Shown piece by piece: positions 36,499-46,232 of a stretch of 59,246 bases of DNA (position 1 is the stretch's first letter; every line of letters begins with the position of its first letter). The DNA comes from an uncultured Myxococcales bacterium (GTDB lineage: Bacteria; UBA10199; 2-02-FULL-44-16; JAAZCA01). The stretch spans positions 1-59,246 of the forward strand of contig CAYZSU010000001.1 of the NCBI GenBank assembly GCA_964480565.1, written 5' to 3'. The translations under genes were made by a program, and so were the position numbers. Under the pieces are notes generated by a model, which saw only the letters and a list, made by a program, of their open reading frames with translations, was not told the origin of the DNA and did no database searches.

Positions 36499-37230
36499 AT
36501 GAGTACGGGAATTTATTCAGCAGTAACTGGTATGAAGTCAAAGGAGCGGGAGCTCGAGGCTGTTTCTCATAATATTGCAAATGCATCCACTGCAGGCTTT
36601 AAGGAAGTGGGTATGGTGTTTGAGGCGGTCATGTCCAGACAGGAAAAAAATGGACAAACGGATACAATGATTATGCCATTTAATTCTTCTGAGGAGATGT
36701 TTGTCAATCATGAGCAAGGTGCGTCTCAGCAAACAGGGGGTGACTTAGATTTAGCGATTCAAGGGGAAGGTTTCTTTGTTGTTCAAACTGAGCAAGGCCT
36801 TCGTTTTACGCGGAATGGGCGTTTTAAATTAAATGACTCTGGTCAAGTTGTAACCACACAGGGGCATATGGTTTCTGCAAAATCTGGGCAGCTTGTTGTG
36901 GACGGGGCATCTGTGCAGGTGTCAGAGGATGGCGCTCTAATGGTTGATAATGAAGAGCAGGGTGGTTTTCGTATTGTACGTTTTAATGAAGAATCCGCAT
37001 TGGAGCCCGTAGGTAATGGGTTGTTTAAGGCGCCGGAATCTGCAGGTATGCAGGATTTTAATACGCCTCAGGTTATGCAAGGAATGTTTGAACAGTCCAA
37101 TGTTAATGTGGTTAAGAACTTAATGAAATTAATTAAGTCGTCGCATGCCATGGAGTCCTATCAACGATCAATTGTGATAATGAGCAAAATTGAAGAAAAA
37201 GTCATTAATGATGCAGGTAAAATGACCTAA
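36499..37230 (+). CDS. flgF: Flagellar basal-body rod protein FlgF
   Basis: GIYSAVTGMKSKERELEAVSHNIANASTAGFK and C-terminal FEQSNVNVVKNLMKLIKSSHAMESYQRSI. Start moved downstream of the promoter. Confidence 0.85.
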   Translation: MSTGIYSAVTGMKSKERELEAVSHNIANASTAGFKEVGMVFEAVMSRQEKNGQTDTMIMPFNSSEEMFVNHEQGASQQTGGDLDLAIQGEGFFVVQTEQGLRFTRNGRFKLNDSGQVVTTQGHMVSAKSGQLVVDGASVQVSEDGALMVDNEEQGGFRIVRFNEESALEPVGNGLFKAPESAGMQDFNTPQVMQGMFEQSNVNVVKNLMKLIKSSHAMESYQRSIVIMSKIEEKVINDAGKMT

Positions 37231-37245
37231 CTGAAGGGATAAACA

Positions 37246-38034
37246 ATGAGCTATAAAGCACTTCAAACAGCTGTTACAGGGATGTCCGTTCAGGAAAGAC
37301 GTATTTCAGGCATTGCGGATAATTTAGCAAATGTAAATACAACGGGTTTTAAAAAGGGTCGTATGGATTTTACGGATTTAATGTATGAACAGATTAAATC
37401 CCCAGGTTCAAAAAATTCAACAGAGACAATAAGCCCTGTAGGTATTCAAATTGGGCATGGTGCAAGGCTTCAATCCGCGTATAAGGATTTTTCACAAGGT
37501 CAATATAGCCAAACAGGACGTAATTTAGATGTGGCTATTGAGGGTAAGGGCTTTGTAAAAGTGACATTGGATGATGGTAGTATTGCATATACTCGCGACT
37601 GCTCGTTTAAAACAGATGCGGATGGTAATTTGGTAACGCCAACAGGGTATAAAGTGGAACCTAATATTACTGTACCAGAAACAGCTGAAAATGTGATTGT
37701 TGGAACCGATGGGATTGTGACAGTGAGTATTGCAGGAGAAACATCGGTTACTGAGTTAGGGACTGTGCAATTGGCATTGTTTTCAAATCCATCGGGATTA
37801 AAATATTTAGGTAAGGGATTATATCAGGAGAGTGATGCGTCGGGATCTGCCACGGATACATCGCCAGGGCAAGAGGGTGCTGGGACTTTGTTGCAAGGGT
37901 ATTTGGAGAGTTCAAATGTCAATGTGGCTGAAGAATTAATTAATATGGTGATTGCGCAGCGAACATATGAAGCCAACTCACGTGTGATTCAAACAACCAG
38001 TGAAATGATGCGTCAAACAAATAATGTTGGATAG
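37246..38034 (+). CDS. flgG: Flagellar distal rod protein FlgG
   Basis: LQTAVTGMSVQERRISGIADNLANVNTTGFKK and C-terminal LESSNVNVAEELINMVIAQRTYEANSRVIQT. Confidence 0.94.
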   Translation: MSYKALQTAVTGMSVQERRISGIADNLANVNTTGFKKGRMDFTDLMYEQIKSPGSKNSTETISPVGIQIGHGARLQSAYKDFSQGQYSQTGRNLDVAIEGKGFVKVTLDDGSIAYTRDCSFKTDADGNLVTPTGYKVEPNITVPETAENVIVGTDGIVTVSIAGETSVTELGTVQLALFSNPSGLKYLGKGLYQESDASGSATDTSPGQEGAGTLLQGYLESSNVNVAEELINMVIAQRTYEANSRVIQTTSEMMRQTNNVG

Positions 38035-38037
38035 GAC

Positions 38038-38997
38038 ATGCAAATAAAACATTTACATGCATATTATATTATTTTTTGTATAGCGATAATGGGGATGTTA
38101 CCCATGTCATTGTCTGCAAGTCAGTCAAAAATTGTCTGGTTATCACAGGTGGCCTATCAACATGAAATTCGAATTAAGGATTTGGTGGATTTGCAGCATA
38201 CAGATGGGCAGTTCTTGGATAATTATGGTGATATTTTAGTGTCAAAACGGCAGATGAAATCGATTGATACATCGGTGCTTTCAATGATTTTAGAACGCAA
38301 TGGCCTTGATTTGTCGCAGCATTATATTAAAAACAAAGGCCATATTTTAATTGTCGGTGGGGTAGTGTCAAGCGTATGCGAGGGTCGTATCAAAGAGAAA
38401 ATACAGCAAGCAATTGTGGATAAGTATCATGTAAAAGAAACAGATATTGATTTAAATATTCACTCAATAGCGGGCTCCTGCCATATTGTATCATCCGTGA
38501 ATATATCATCTGTTCATTTGGGTAATGATGTGGATATCAAATTAGAGCCATCGGTACATTATGGAAAATCACATCAAATAAGCGCACGTGCGGATATTGC
38601 AATTCAAGTGCCGGTGGTGATTGCAAAGAAAATTATTGCAAAGAATACATTAATAAAAAAATCCAATCTTATGTTGGAAAGACGAGAAATTAAATCCGAT
38701 GCGCAGCTGGCATATCGTCGCCTTTCAGATTTTGAAACCAGTAATATGGTTGCATCAATGTCAATTTCTCAGGGGCAGATGATTGTAAAAAAGATGTTGT
38801 CGTCAGGTATTATTTTAAAAAAAGGGGACCTGATTACAATGATTACGAAGCAATCAGGGTTGCAGATTCATGCGGTCGGACGCCTACTTGCAGATGCGGG
38901 ATTGGGGCAAACCGTCATGGTTGAAAATATTGATTCAAAGAAGCAAGTCATTGGTCGAGTACTGGATATAAAACATGTAGAGGTGGTCGTACAATGA
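38038..38997 (+). CDS. flgA: Flagellar P-ring assembly chaperone FlgA
   Basis: Signal peptide and C-terminal SAF-like ...GDLITMITKQSGLQIHAVGRLLADAGLGQTVMVENIDSKKQVIGRV. Confidence 0.8.
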   Translation: MQIKHLHAYYIIFCIAIMGMLPMSLSASQSKIVWLSQVAYQHEIRIKDLVDLQHTDGQFLDNYGDILVSKRQMKSIDTSVLSMILERNGLDLSQHYIKNKGHILIVGGVVSSVCEGRIKEKIQQAIVDKYHVKETDIDLNIHSIAGSCHIVSSVNISSVHLGNDVDIKLEPSVHYGKSHQISARADIAIQVPVVIAKKIIAKNTLIKKSNLMLERREIKSDAQLAYRRLSDFETSNMVASMSISQGQMIVKKMLSSGIILKKGDLITMITKQSGLQIHAVGRLLADAGLGQTVMVENIDSKKQVIGRVLDIKHVEVVVQ

Positions 38998-39746
38998 TGA
39001 AATTGATGAAATTGCAGACATATATTATGGGAGTCATGGTAATAATTGCTATCAGTATGATGGCTTGTGCAGCTAAAAAAGGGCTGGATCATACTGTATT
39101 GAATGTCAATGACAGTTCACCGGATCAATCGGATTTTTTTAATGAGAAACAAGTAAAAGATGTGAGTGCTTTTCGCGAAGGGCATACAGGGTCCTTATGG
39201 GTGGACTCCTATAATAGTAATTTATACGCCAATATGCATCGTGCTTCAAAAATTGGTGATACAGTAACGGTTATTATTTCCGAACAAGCAAGTGGTGCAA
39301 GCGATACAAAGACCAACACCAAGCGCAAGTCAGAAGTGGGCGCTAGTGTGGATAGTTTGGGCGGCTTAATGTCCAAATTACAGGGAATATTTTCCGGTCT
39401 AAATCCTGCAAATTTATTCTCTGCAAAAACAGAAAATAAATTTGATGGTCAAGGAAAGATAAATACCAAGGGACAGTTATTTGCACAGATTACATGTCGA
39501 GTAACAGAGCGAATGAATAATGGCAACTTAGTCATCAAAGGTGAAAAACGAATTAAGGTATATGATGAAGAGCAGCGCCTTGTCCTCGAAGGTATGATTC
39601 GTCCTTATGATATTACACCCAATAACACGGTTAGCTCTTTGCATGTTGCGGATGCACGTATTTCATTTACAGGGTTTGGTGTGATTGCAGAACGACAAAA
39701 ACCAGGGTGGCTAACGCGAATTTTAGATTATGTATGGCCGTTTTAA
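38994..39746 (+). CDS. flgH: Flagellar L-ring lipoprotein FlgH
   Basis: Lipobox-like ISMMAC. SLWVDSYNSNLYANMHRASKIGDTVTVIISE...GNLVIKGEKRIKV. Confidence 0.92.
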   Translation: MMKLMKLQTYIMGVMVIIAISMMACAAKKGLDHTVLNVNDSSPDQSDFFNEKQVKDVSAFREGHTGSLWVDSYNSNLYANMHRASKIGDTVTVIISEQASGASDTKTNTKRKSEVGASVDSLGGLMSKLQGIFSGLNPANLFSAKTENKFDGQGKINTKGQLFAQITCRVTERMNNGNLVIKGEKRIKVYDEEQRLVLEGMIRPYDITPNNTVSSLHVADARISFTGFGVIAERQKPGWLTRILDYVWPF

Positions 39747-39797
39747 GTAATGATTTTTCTGAAGTGATTGTTTTGAATACGCCTATGAGAGGGATGC

Positions 39798-40913
39798 ATG
39801 CAGCTAAGAAAAAAATATATTAATAAGATTGCGGTGATATGCATTAGCATATGTCTAATATCTTGTATGGCTCATGCTGCGCGCGTAAAAGATATTGCCA
39901 ACTTTAGAGGGGTCAGGTCCAACCAATTGATTGGTTATGGATTAGTTGTTGGTCTTGATGGCTCTGGGGATAGTACATCATCAGATGTCATGCGGCGATC
40001 TTTGGGCGAGATGTTATCAAAAATGGGCGTGGGCATTGATCCTAAAAATATTAAATCAAAAAATGTGGCAGGTGTCATGGTGACTGCTAATTTACCACCA
40101 TTTTCAAAAGCAGGTTCTCGCATTAATGTGCTGATATCATCGATTGGTGATGCAACATCACTTCGGGGTGGAACATTAATAATGACGCCATTAAAAGCGG
40201 CCAATCAGGATGTGTATGCGGTGGCGCAGGGGCCGGTGACTGTGGGTGGATATGCTGAAACAGCAGGTGCAGAACAGCAAAAGCAAGGACATCCCACAGT
40301 GGGTAAAATCCTAAATGGTGCGATTGTCGAGCGTGAAGTAGAATTTGGTTTTGAAAAAATGGATCGATTGGAATTGGCATTAAATGAACCTGATTTTACC
40401 ACTGCTACGCGATTACGTGATCGAATTAATCAATTTTTAGAAGGTAAGTATGCAAAAACTACGGATTCTGGATCTGTTCGAATTAAAGTACCCAGGCGAT
40501 ATCGTAAAAATATTGTAAGCTTAACTGCACAAGTGGAAGCCTTGGAAATTAAGCCGGATATTAAGGCGCGTGTCATTGTTAATGAACGTACTGGTACCAT
40601 TGTAATGGGTGAAAATGTTCGAGTGTCTACGGTTGCGGTGGCGCAAGGAAATTTAAGCGTTACTATTTCACAGGATTATACTGTCTCGCAACCCAATGGA
40701 TTTTCTTTGGGTGAAACCATGACAGTGCCAGATACGTCTTTGCTTGTTGAAGAAGAGGATCCAAAAAAATTAATGATTGTACCTGAAGGCGTGAATATCG
40801 GTGATGTGGTTCGTGCATTAAATGCGATCGGTGTATCTGCCAAGGATTTAATTTCTATTTTACAGGCGATTGATGAGGCAGGAGCCCTGCATGGGGAGTT
40901 AATTACCAGTTAA
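39798..40913 (+). CDS. flgI: Flagellar P-ring protein FlgI
   Basis: RVKDIANFRGVRSNQLIGYGLVVGLDGSGD...LRGGTLIMTPLKAANQDVYAVAQGPVTVGG. Confidence 0.96.
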   Translation: MQLRKKYINKIAVICISICLISCMAHAARVKDIANFRGVRSNQLIGYGLVVGLDGSGDSTSSDVMRRSLGEMLSKMGVGIDPKNIKSKNVAGVMVTANLPPFSKAGSRINVLISSIGDATSLRGGTLIMTPLKAANQDVYAVAQGPVTVGGYAETAGAEQQKQGHPTVGKILNGAIVEREVEFGFEKMDRLELALNEPDFTTATRLRDRINQFLEGKYAKTTDSGSVRIKVPRRYRKNIVSLTAQVEALEIKPDIKARVIVNERTGTIVMGENVRVSTVAVAQGNLSVTISQDYTVSQPNGFSLGETMTVPDTSLLVEEEDPKKLMIVPEGVNIGDVVRALNAIGVSAKDLISILQAIDEAGALHGELITS

Positions 40914-40933
40914 TTAAGAATGATAGGACACTA

Positions 40934-41779
40934 ATGACTCAACCAATGACTATAGGTACGATGCCAAATGCTGCTGCCACGCATGCAGTGGATGCTAAGT
41001 ATCAAAAACTTCGTAAAGCTGTTGAAGGGTTTGAATCCTATATTTGGGGTTCAATTATGTCCAGTATGCAAAAATCCATACCCAAGTCCGGATTGTTTGG
41101 AGATGGATCAAAAGAAGCGGCATTTCAAAATATGTTATTTCATGAATATAGTAAAAATATGTCGGCATCTATGAAAGAGGGCAGTTTAAGCGATATGATT
41201 ATGAAGCAGTTGGCGCCAGAATTACGTGATCAGGCCGCAGAAAAAATAACATCTGTGCAGAATAAATTGTCAGTTTCTCCTGCAGTCGCATCACATGTAC
41301 ATGCAGCATATGATGTGCAAAATAATATGCATGCTGGGCATGGTATTACGGATAGCCAGAAGAAACAGGCATATGATGCACTTAGGGATATGTTTGGCTT
41401 ATCATCGATTTCATCGGATTATGGATGGCGCGATCATCCCATACATGATGATCGGCGGTTTCACCATGGAATTGATGTTCCATTACCCATTGGATCGCAG
41501 ATGAAATCGCCAGTGGCAGGAACAGTGATAATGTCTAAATATGATGAAGGTTATGGAAATTATGTCACAATTAGAAGCGAGTCTGGGAATAGTCTTCGGT
41601 TTGCACATATGGACCGATCTGCAGTCAATGAAGGTGATAAAATACAAATAAATGATATTATTGGTCTTTCTGGGAATACGGGTCGATCTACAGGTCCGCA
41701 TGTACATTTTGAAGTACGCGATATGGAAGGAAAGTCCATATCACCGATAAAATACTTAAAAGGGCTAAAAAAGAGTTAA
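40934..41779 (+). CDS. flgJ: FlgJ-like rod-binding protein fused to an M23 (LytM) peptidase domain
   Basis: N-terminal rod-binding-like FESYIWGSIMSSMQKS...AFQNMLFHEYSKNMS. C-terminal YGWRDHPIHDDRRFHHGIDV...GNTGRSTGPHVHFEVRD. Confidence 0.85.
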   Translation: MTQPMTIGTMPNAAATHAVDAKYQKLRKAVEGFESYIWGSIMSSMQKSIPKSGLFGDGSKEAAFQNMLFHEYSKNMSASMKEGSLSDMIMKQLAPELRDQAAEKITSVQNKLSVSPAVASHVHAAYDVQNNMHAGHGITDSQKKQAYDALRDMFGLSSISSDYGWRDHPIHDDRRFHHGIDVPLPIGSQMKSPVAGTVIMSKYDEGYGNYVTIRSESGNSLRFAHMDRSAVNEGDKIQINDIIGLSGNTGRSTGPHVHFEVRDMEGKSISPIKYLKGLKKS

Positions 41780-41854
41780 GTTTTTACCAATCACCTCCGT
41801 TCTATATGAGTGGAGCAAAAGATTCATAAATTTCCCTAAGGGGGGTGATTTGGT

Positions 41855-42142
41855 ATGAAAATAGATGGAATGCGATCAGGCCCTATTGGCCGAACAGATT
41901 CATCCACACGGACGCAGAAAAAAGGCCATGTGAAATCAGAATCAGCTGGTAAGGATAGTATACAGGTATCCACATCAGCGGATAAATTAGCAGCATTGCA
42001 AGAAGCTTCAGGAGATGATGTTCGGGTCGATAAAGTTCAAGAAATAAAGGAACGAATTGCATCCGGTGATTATCATGTTGAAGCAGGTGATATTGCTGAT
42101 AAAATTATTGAACATTTAATTCAAAAGAGGGCGGTTGGATAA
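41855..42142 (+). CDS. flgM: Anti-sigma28 factor FlgM
   Basis: 95 aa. C-terminal VDKVQEIKERIASGDYHVEAGDIADKIIEHL is the typical FlgM tail. Confidence 0.78.
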   Translation: MKIDGMRSGPIGRTDSSTRTQKKGHVKSESAGKDSIQVSTSADKLAALQEASGDDVRVDKVQEIKERIASGDYHVEAGDIADKIIEHLIQKRAVG

Positions 42143-42143
42143 T

Positions 42144-42647
42144 ATGCTTAGCGAACTCAGATCCCTAAAAAAACTATTTGACGATCATTCAAGTGCATTA
42201 TTGGAATTAGGGGAGTCGCTTAGAAGGCAGAAGCAAGCCGTGGTCCATTGGGACTTAGAAGTCATTACAAAAGAACAGCGCATTCATAATCAACTTATTG
42301 TTCGTCTTCGTGTATTTGATGCGGCAAGACGAACAGCAGAAGAAAAAATTTCACAAAAACTCGGTTATCGTGGCCGAATGTCCTTAAAATCAATACTACA
42401 AACTATTACAGATCCATTGGCAAGAGATATTCAACATGCATTTGATAATTTGATTGCTATTGCGGGGTCAGTAAAAGAATTATATCAAGAAAACCAGAAA
42501 TACTTATCCCATGCCTTAGAGGGCGTGGAAATGTCTTTGAGTGTATTACAGTCCAAGAAGCAATCAGGATTGTATGAGGCCAATAATAAAGGTGCGCATT
42601 ACTCACAGGATAATATGAAACGACGTTTTCTTGATCAATCAATGTAG
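42144..42647 (+). CDS. flgN: FlgN-like chaperone for hook-associated proteins
   Basis: Helical protein of about 167 aa between flgM and flgK. L..LKKLFDDHSSALLELGESLRRQKQAVV resembles the FlgN N-terminus. Called mainly from synteny. Confidence 0.6.
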   Translation: MLSELRSLKKLFDDHSSALLELGESLRRQKQAVVHWDLEVITKEQRIHNQLIVRLRVFDAARRTAEEKISQKLGYRGRMSLKSILQTITDPLARDIQHAFDNLIAIAGSVKELYQENQKYLSHALEGVEMSLSVLQSKKQSGLYEANNKGAHYSQDNMKRRFLDQSM

Positions 42648-42661
42648 TACTGAGGTGAATT

Positions 42662-44059
42662 ATGGGTTTAGGAAATTTTTATACTTCAGCAGTTAGTGGC
42701 TTACATTTGTCACAGCGTGCTATAAGTGTGACAGCCAATAATATTGCGAATGTTAATACCAAGGGCTATTCAAAGCAAATAATTACAGTGGATCCCAGGG
42801 ATCCACAGATGTTGGGTGGCAATGAATTTGGTATTGGTGTTGATGTGGGCGAAATTAATCGATCCTATGATACGTTCATTGAAAGTCGCTTGTTGACCGC
42901 TGCAAAAAATAAATCGCAATGGTCAGCGCTGTCCTATCAGATGAGCCAGGTGGAAAATATTTTTAATGAACTCGATGGTGAGGGATTAAGTAGTTATATG
43001 AATCAATTTTTTGATTCATTTAGTGCAGTTGCAAGCGATGCATCCTCTTTGGCTGCGCGCCAAGGTGCATTGGGTCGGGCGCAGGTCCTTGTTGATCGAT
43101 TTCACTCCCTTGATACTGAGTTGAGTAATTTACGAAAAAGTTTAAATTTAAAGGTGGAAAGCGCTGTCAATGAAATCAACTCTGTATTAGTAGAGGTGGG
43201 AAATTTAAGTGAAAAAATCAAAAATTTTCCAGCAGAAGCCTTAACATATCGGGATGAACGTCAAATGAAAGTGCGTGAATTATCCGAATTATTGGGCGTT
43301 GAAATCCTTGAAACATCGGATGGGGATTTTCAAATGTATGCGGCGAATTTTCCATTGATCGTCGGTGGTTTTTCAGGTGAATTTTCTGTGAGTGCGGATG
43401 CAGGAAATGATGGTTTATATAAAGTGGAATACAGTATTGAAGGATCCAATGTGGATTTAACGGCTGAGATAGATAGTGGTGAATTGGGTATGATTCTCCA
43501 AACGCGTGATACGACGTTGGTGGATTATATTAGTCAGTTAGATGAGTTGGCATTTGAATTGGGTACTGAATTTAATGCCGTTCATAATACGGGTTTTGAC
43601 TTGAATTCCAATAATAATAATATGTTTTTTACGGAGTTAGCACAGATTTCAGGGGCTGCACGTTTGCTTGACTTGCATGCAGATGTGGATGGCATTCCTT
43701 CTGGAATTGCGGCATCAGGTGCGGCAAATGATGTGCCTGGTGGAAATACAGTTGCACTTTCATTGGCTCAACTTCGGGATTCAGATATTGTATTTACTTC
43801 ACAAACCTCTACATTTAGTGATTTTTATTCATCATTATTGGCAGATATTGGTATTACAACTGGGTATGCCGCGCAACAAGGGGATTTTTATGAAAACTCT
43901 TTTATGCATGTAGAGGTGGAACGTGAACGTATTAGTGGTGTATCTATTGAGGAAGAAGAACTTAATTTAATGAAATACCGTGCAGCCTATGATGCGGCAG
44001 CACGGTTGATTTCAGTAGGTACGGATATGCTGGATACACTTGTGAAATTGGGGGCCTAA
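42662..44059 (+). CDS. flgK: Flagellar hook-associated protein 1 FlgK
   Basis: FYTSAVSGLHLSQRAISVTANNIANVNTKGYSKQ and C-terminal GVSIEEEELNLMKYRAAYDAAARLISV. Confidence 0.93.
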   Translation: MGLGNFYTSAVSGLHLSQRAISVTANNIANVNTKGYSKQIITVDPRDPQMLGGNEFGIGVDVGEINRSYDTFIESRLLTAAKNKSQWSALSYQMSQVENIFNELDGEGLSSYMNQFFDSFSAVASDASSLAARQGALGRAQVLVDRFHSLDTELSNLRKSLNLKVESAVNEINSVLVEVGNLSEKIKNFPAEALTYRDERQMKVRELSELLGVEILETSDGDFQMYAANFPLIVGGFSGEFSVSADAGNDGLYKVEYSIEGSNVDLTAEIDSGELGMILQTRDTTLVDYISQLDELAFELGTEFNAVHNTGFDLNSNNNNMFFTELAQISGAARLLDLHADVDGIPSGIAASGAANDVPGGNTVALSLAQLRDSDIVFTSQTSTFSDFYSSLLADIGITTGYAAQQGDFYENSFMHVEVERERISGVSIEEEELNLMKYRAAYDAAARLISVGTDMLDTLVKLGA

Positions 44060-44061
44060 CT

Positions 44062-45027
44062 ATGGTGATCGGTCGAGTGTCATTTAATACGCGTCAATTG
44101 ATGCTTCGTCAAAATTTAGCAAGAGCGCAAAAACGCTATTCTGAAATTTCCATTCCAGCAACAACGGGTAAGAAAATTAATTCATTAAGCGATGAGCCAT
44201 CATTAACATATCGATTGTTTAATTTGAAAAATAAAATCAGTGCAATTGAGACCTATGAACTTAATATTATTACATCACGTCATTTACAAAATACAACGGA
44301 TTCTAAGATTGACGAGGCCGTTACATTGGTTCATCGGCTAAGAGAGGTTGCTGTTGGGGCAAACAACTCAGTAATTGATACGCAGGATCGGCAAAACTAT
44401 GTTGATCTATTGGATAATATTAATGAAGAAGTATTGGCTATTGCTAATTATCGAGTGAATGGCCGGTATATTTTCGCAGGTGCAAAAACAGATACTATTC
44501 CATTTTCTGAAGATCCTGCAATGCCTGCAGAGCCAAATCCAGCAGATGCTGCAGCTGTAGCTGCATATATTGCCGCATCACCCTATGAATATAATGGTAA
44601 TAATACAGAAATGTCCATTGAAGTGTCCTTTGGTGTGACATCAAAGGTGAATATCGAAGGAGAGACTTTGTTTATGGGGCGTGGTGGTGGTGTGGATGTA
44701 TTTAATATTATAAAAAATATGAAATGGGCCATTGATAATGAGGATGAAAGTCAATTAGAAACAGAGATGGATAATTTAGAAACCCTGCTGGATCAATTTT
44801 TAGTTGATCGTGCAGATGTTGGTGTTGAAATGCAGCGTTTAGATAGTGCAGAAACGCTGATTCAAAATGAAGAGCTTCGCGCGACAAAGGAATTATCGGA
44901 TTTGGAGTCCGCTGATATTGCAGAAATTGCAACGGAGTTAACTGTGCAAGAAATGGCAATGCGGGTGATATTTCAATCATCCAGTCGTGTATTAAAATCA
45001 ACGTTTAATAGTATTTTAGGTGGATAA
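44062..45027 (+). CDS. flgL: Flagellar hook-associated protein 3 FlgL
   Basis: Flagellin-like N- and C-termini. RVSFNTRQLMLRQNLARAQKRYSEISIPATTGKKINSLSDEP...ADIAEIATELTVQEMAMRVIFQSSSRVL. Confidence 0.87.
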   Translation: MVIGRVSFNTRQLMLRQNLARAQKRYSEISIPATTGKKINSLSDEPSLTYRLFNLKNKISAIETYELNIITSRHLQNTTDSKIDEAVTLVHRLREVAVGANNSVIDTQDRQNYVDLLDNINEEVLAIANYRVNGRYIFAGAKTDTIPFSEDPAMPAEPNPADAAAVAAYIAASPYEYNGNNTEMSIEVSFGVTSKVNIEGETLFMGRGGGVDVFNIIKNMKWAIDNEDESQLETEMDNLETLLDQFLVDRADVGVEMQRLDSAETLIQNEELRATKELSDLESADIAEIATELTVQEMAMRVIFQSSSRVLKSTFNSILGG

Positions 45028-45248
45028 TGCTACATATTGTACGTAAAAAAAATGAAGCCATTACGATTGATGGCCACATCAAGATACATGTATTGGATGT
45101 GCAATCTGGGCGTGTGCAAATTGCGATTGATGCGCCAAAACATGTATCTATTTATCGCACAGAATTATATGAAAAAATATGCAAAGAAAATAAAGATGCT
45201 TTATTAATGCCGGATAGCTTATCCGCGATTTCGTTGGGGGACAAATAG
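45027..45248 (+). CDS. csrA: Carbon storage regulator CsrA (flagellar type)
   Basis: MLHIVRKKNEAITIDGHIKIHVLDVQSGRVQIAIDAPKHVSIYRTELY. TAATG overlap with flgL. Confidence 0.93.
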   Translation: MLHIVRKKNEAITIDGHIKIHVLDVQSGRVQIAIDAPKHVSIYRTELYEKICKENKDALLMPDSLSAISLGDK

Positions 45249-45728
45249 ATGGATATTCAAACAACACGGTTTGGACAAATAACAATTGAGGAATCTGAAG
45301 TAATTCATATGCCCAAAGGTATTTTGGGTTTTGATGAGTTAAAGCACTATGTGATTATTCCACATACACCTGCATCACCTTATTATTGTTGGTATCAATC
45401 GACTGAAAAGGAAGAAATTGCATTTGTACTCTGTTCACCAAATGCGTTTATTAGCGATTATAAACCGGAATTAAATGCATTTACAAAGCAAGAGCTGCAT
45501 ATTGACGGGGATGACCAGGTGGCGATTTTTAATATTGCAACATTTAGAGATAATGGAAAACAAATCTTTCTTAATTTATGTGCACCCATTGTTATTAATG
45601 TGAATAAAAAATTGTCATTACAGGTTATATTAGATGAAAAGAAGTTTCCACTTCGCTATGAGTTGCCACAATTTGTTCCTGTGCAAAATCAAAAACCCAT
45701 TTCAAATCCGATTGTTGAATCTGTATAA
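45249..45728 (+). CDS. fliW: Flagellar assembly factor FliW (CsrA antagonist)
   Basis: IQTTRFGQITIEESEVIHMPKGILGFDELKHYVIIP...FLNLCAPIVINV. Confidence 0.92.
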   Translation: MDIQTTRFGQITIEESEVIHMPKGILGFDELKHYVIIPHTPASPYYCWYQSTEKEEIAFVLCSPNAFISDYKPELNAFTKQELHIDGDDQVAIFNIATFRDNGKQIFLNLCAPIVINVNKKLSLQVILDEKKFPLRYELPQFVPVQNQKPISNPIVESV

Positions 45729-45733
45729 TCCCT

Positions 45734-46225
45734 ATGTCAATTACTATTAATACTTTAGGTAAAGATCAAATTCCGAGTATAAAAGAATTTTACTTAGCGG
45801 CATTGGAAGAGGAAATTCATTTTTCAGCTGCAAATTCTTTTCGATCTGTCGATTATTCAAGCGATTCAAAAGCGCGCATACATGTATTTTTTGAAAATGC
45901 ATATATGAATGATCATTTTGGCATTTTTTTGTTGTATGTACATCAAACCTTGTTGGGTTTTATTATGCTGAGCTATCAAGATGCATTGGCAGAGCAGCCT
46001 ACACAAATAGGGTATATTAATGGCATATATATACACCCAGGGCATCGTAAAAAAGGATATGGCCATTTATTGATGAAAAGAGCGTTGGAGTGGTTTAAAG
46101 ATCATGATCTGGAAGTTATTGAATTAAATATGACCATTGGAAATAAAACAGTGGAACATTTTTGGTCAAAGTATGGATTTAAGCCTCTTGAGACTGTTTG
46201 TTTTTTAAAAATAGGGTGTCCATAA
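45734..46225 (+). CDS. GNAT-family N-acetyltransferase
   Basis: GIYIHPGHRKKGYGHLLMKRALEWFKDHDLEVIELNMTIGNKTVEHFWSKYGFKP (acetyl-CoA binding motif A). Confidence 0.82.
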   Translation: MSITINTLGKDQIPSIKEFYLAALEEEIHFSAANSFRSVDYSSDSKARIHVFFENAYMNDHFGIFLLYVHQTLLGFIMLSYQDALAEQPTQIGYINGIYIHPGHRKKGYGHLLMKRALEWFKDHDLEVIELNMTIGNKTVEHFWSKYGFKPLETVCFLKIGCP

Positions 46226-46232
46226 AATCACC

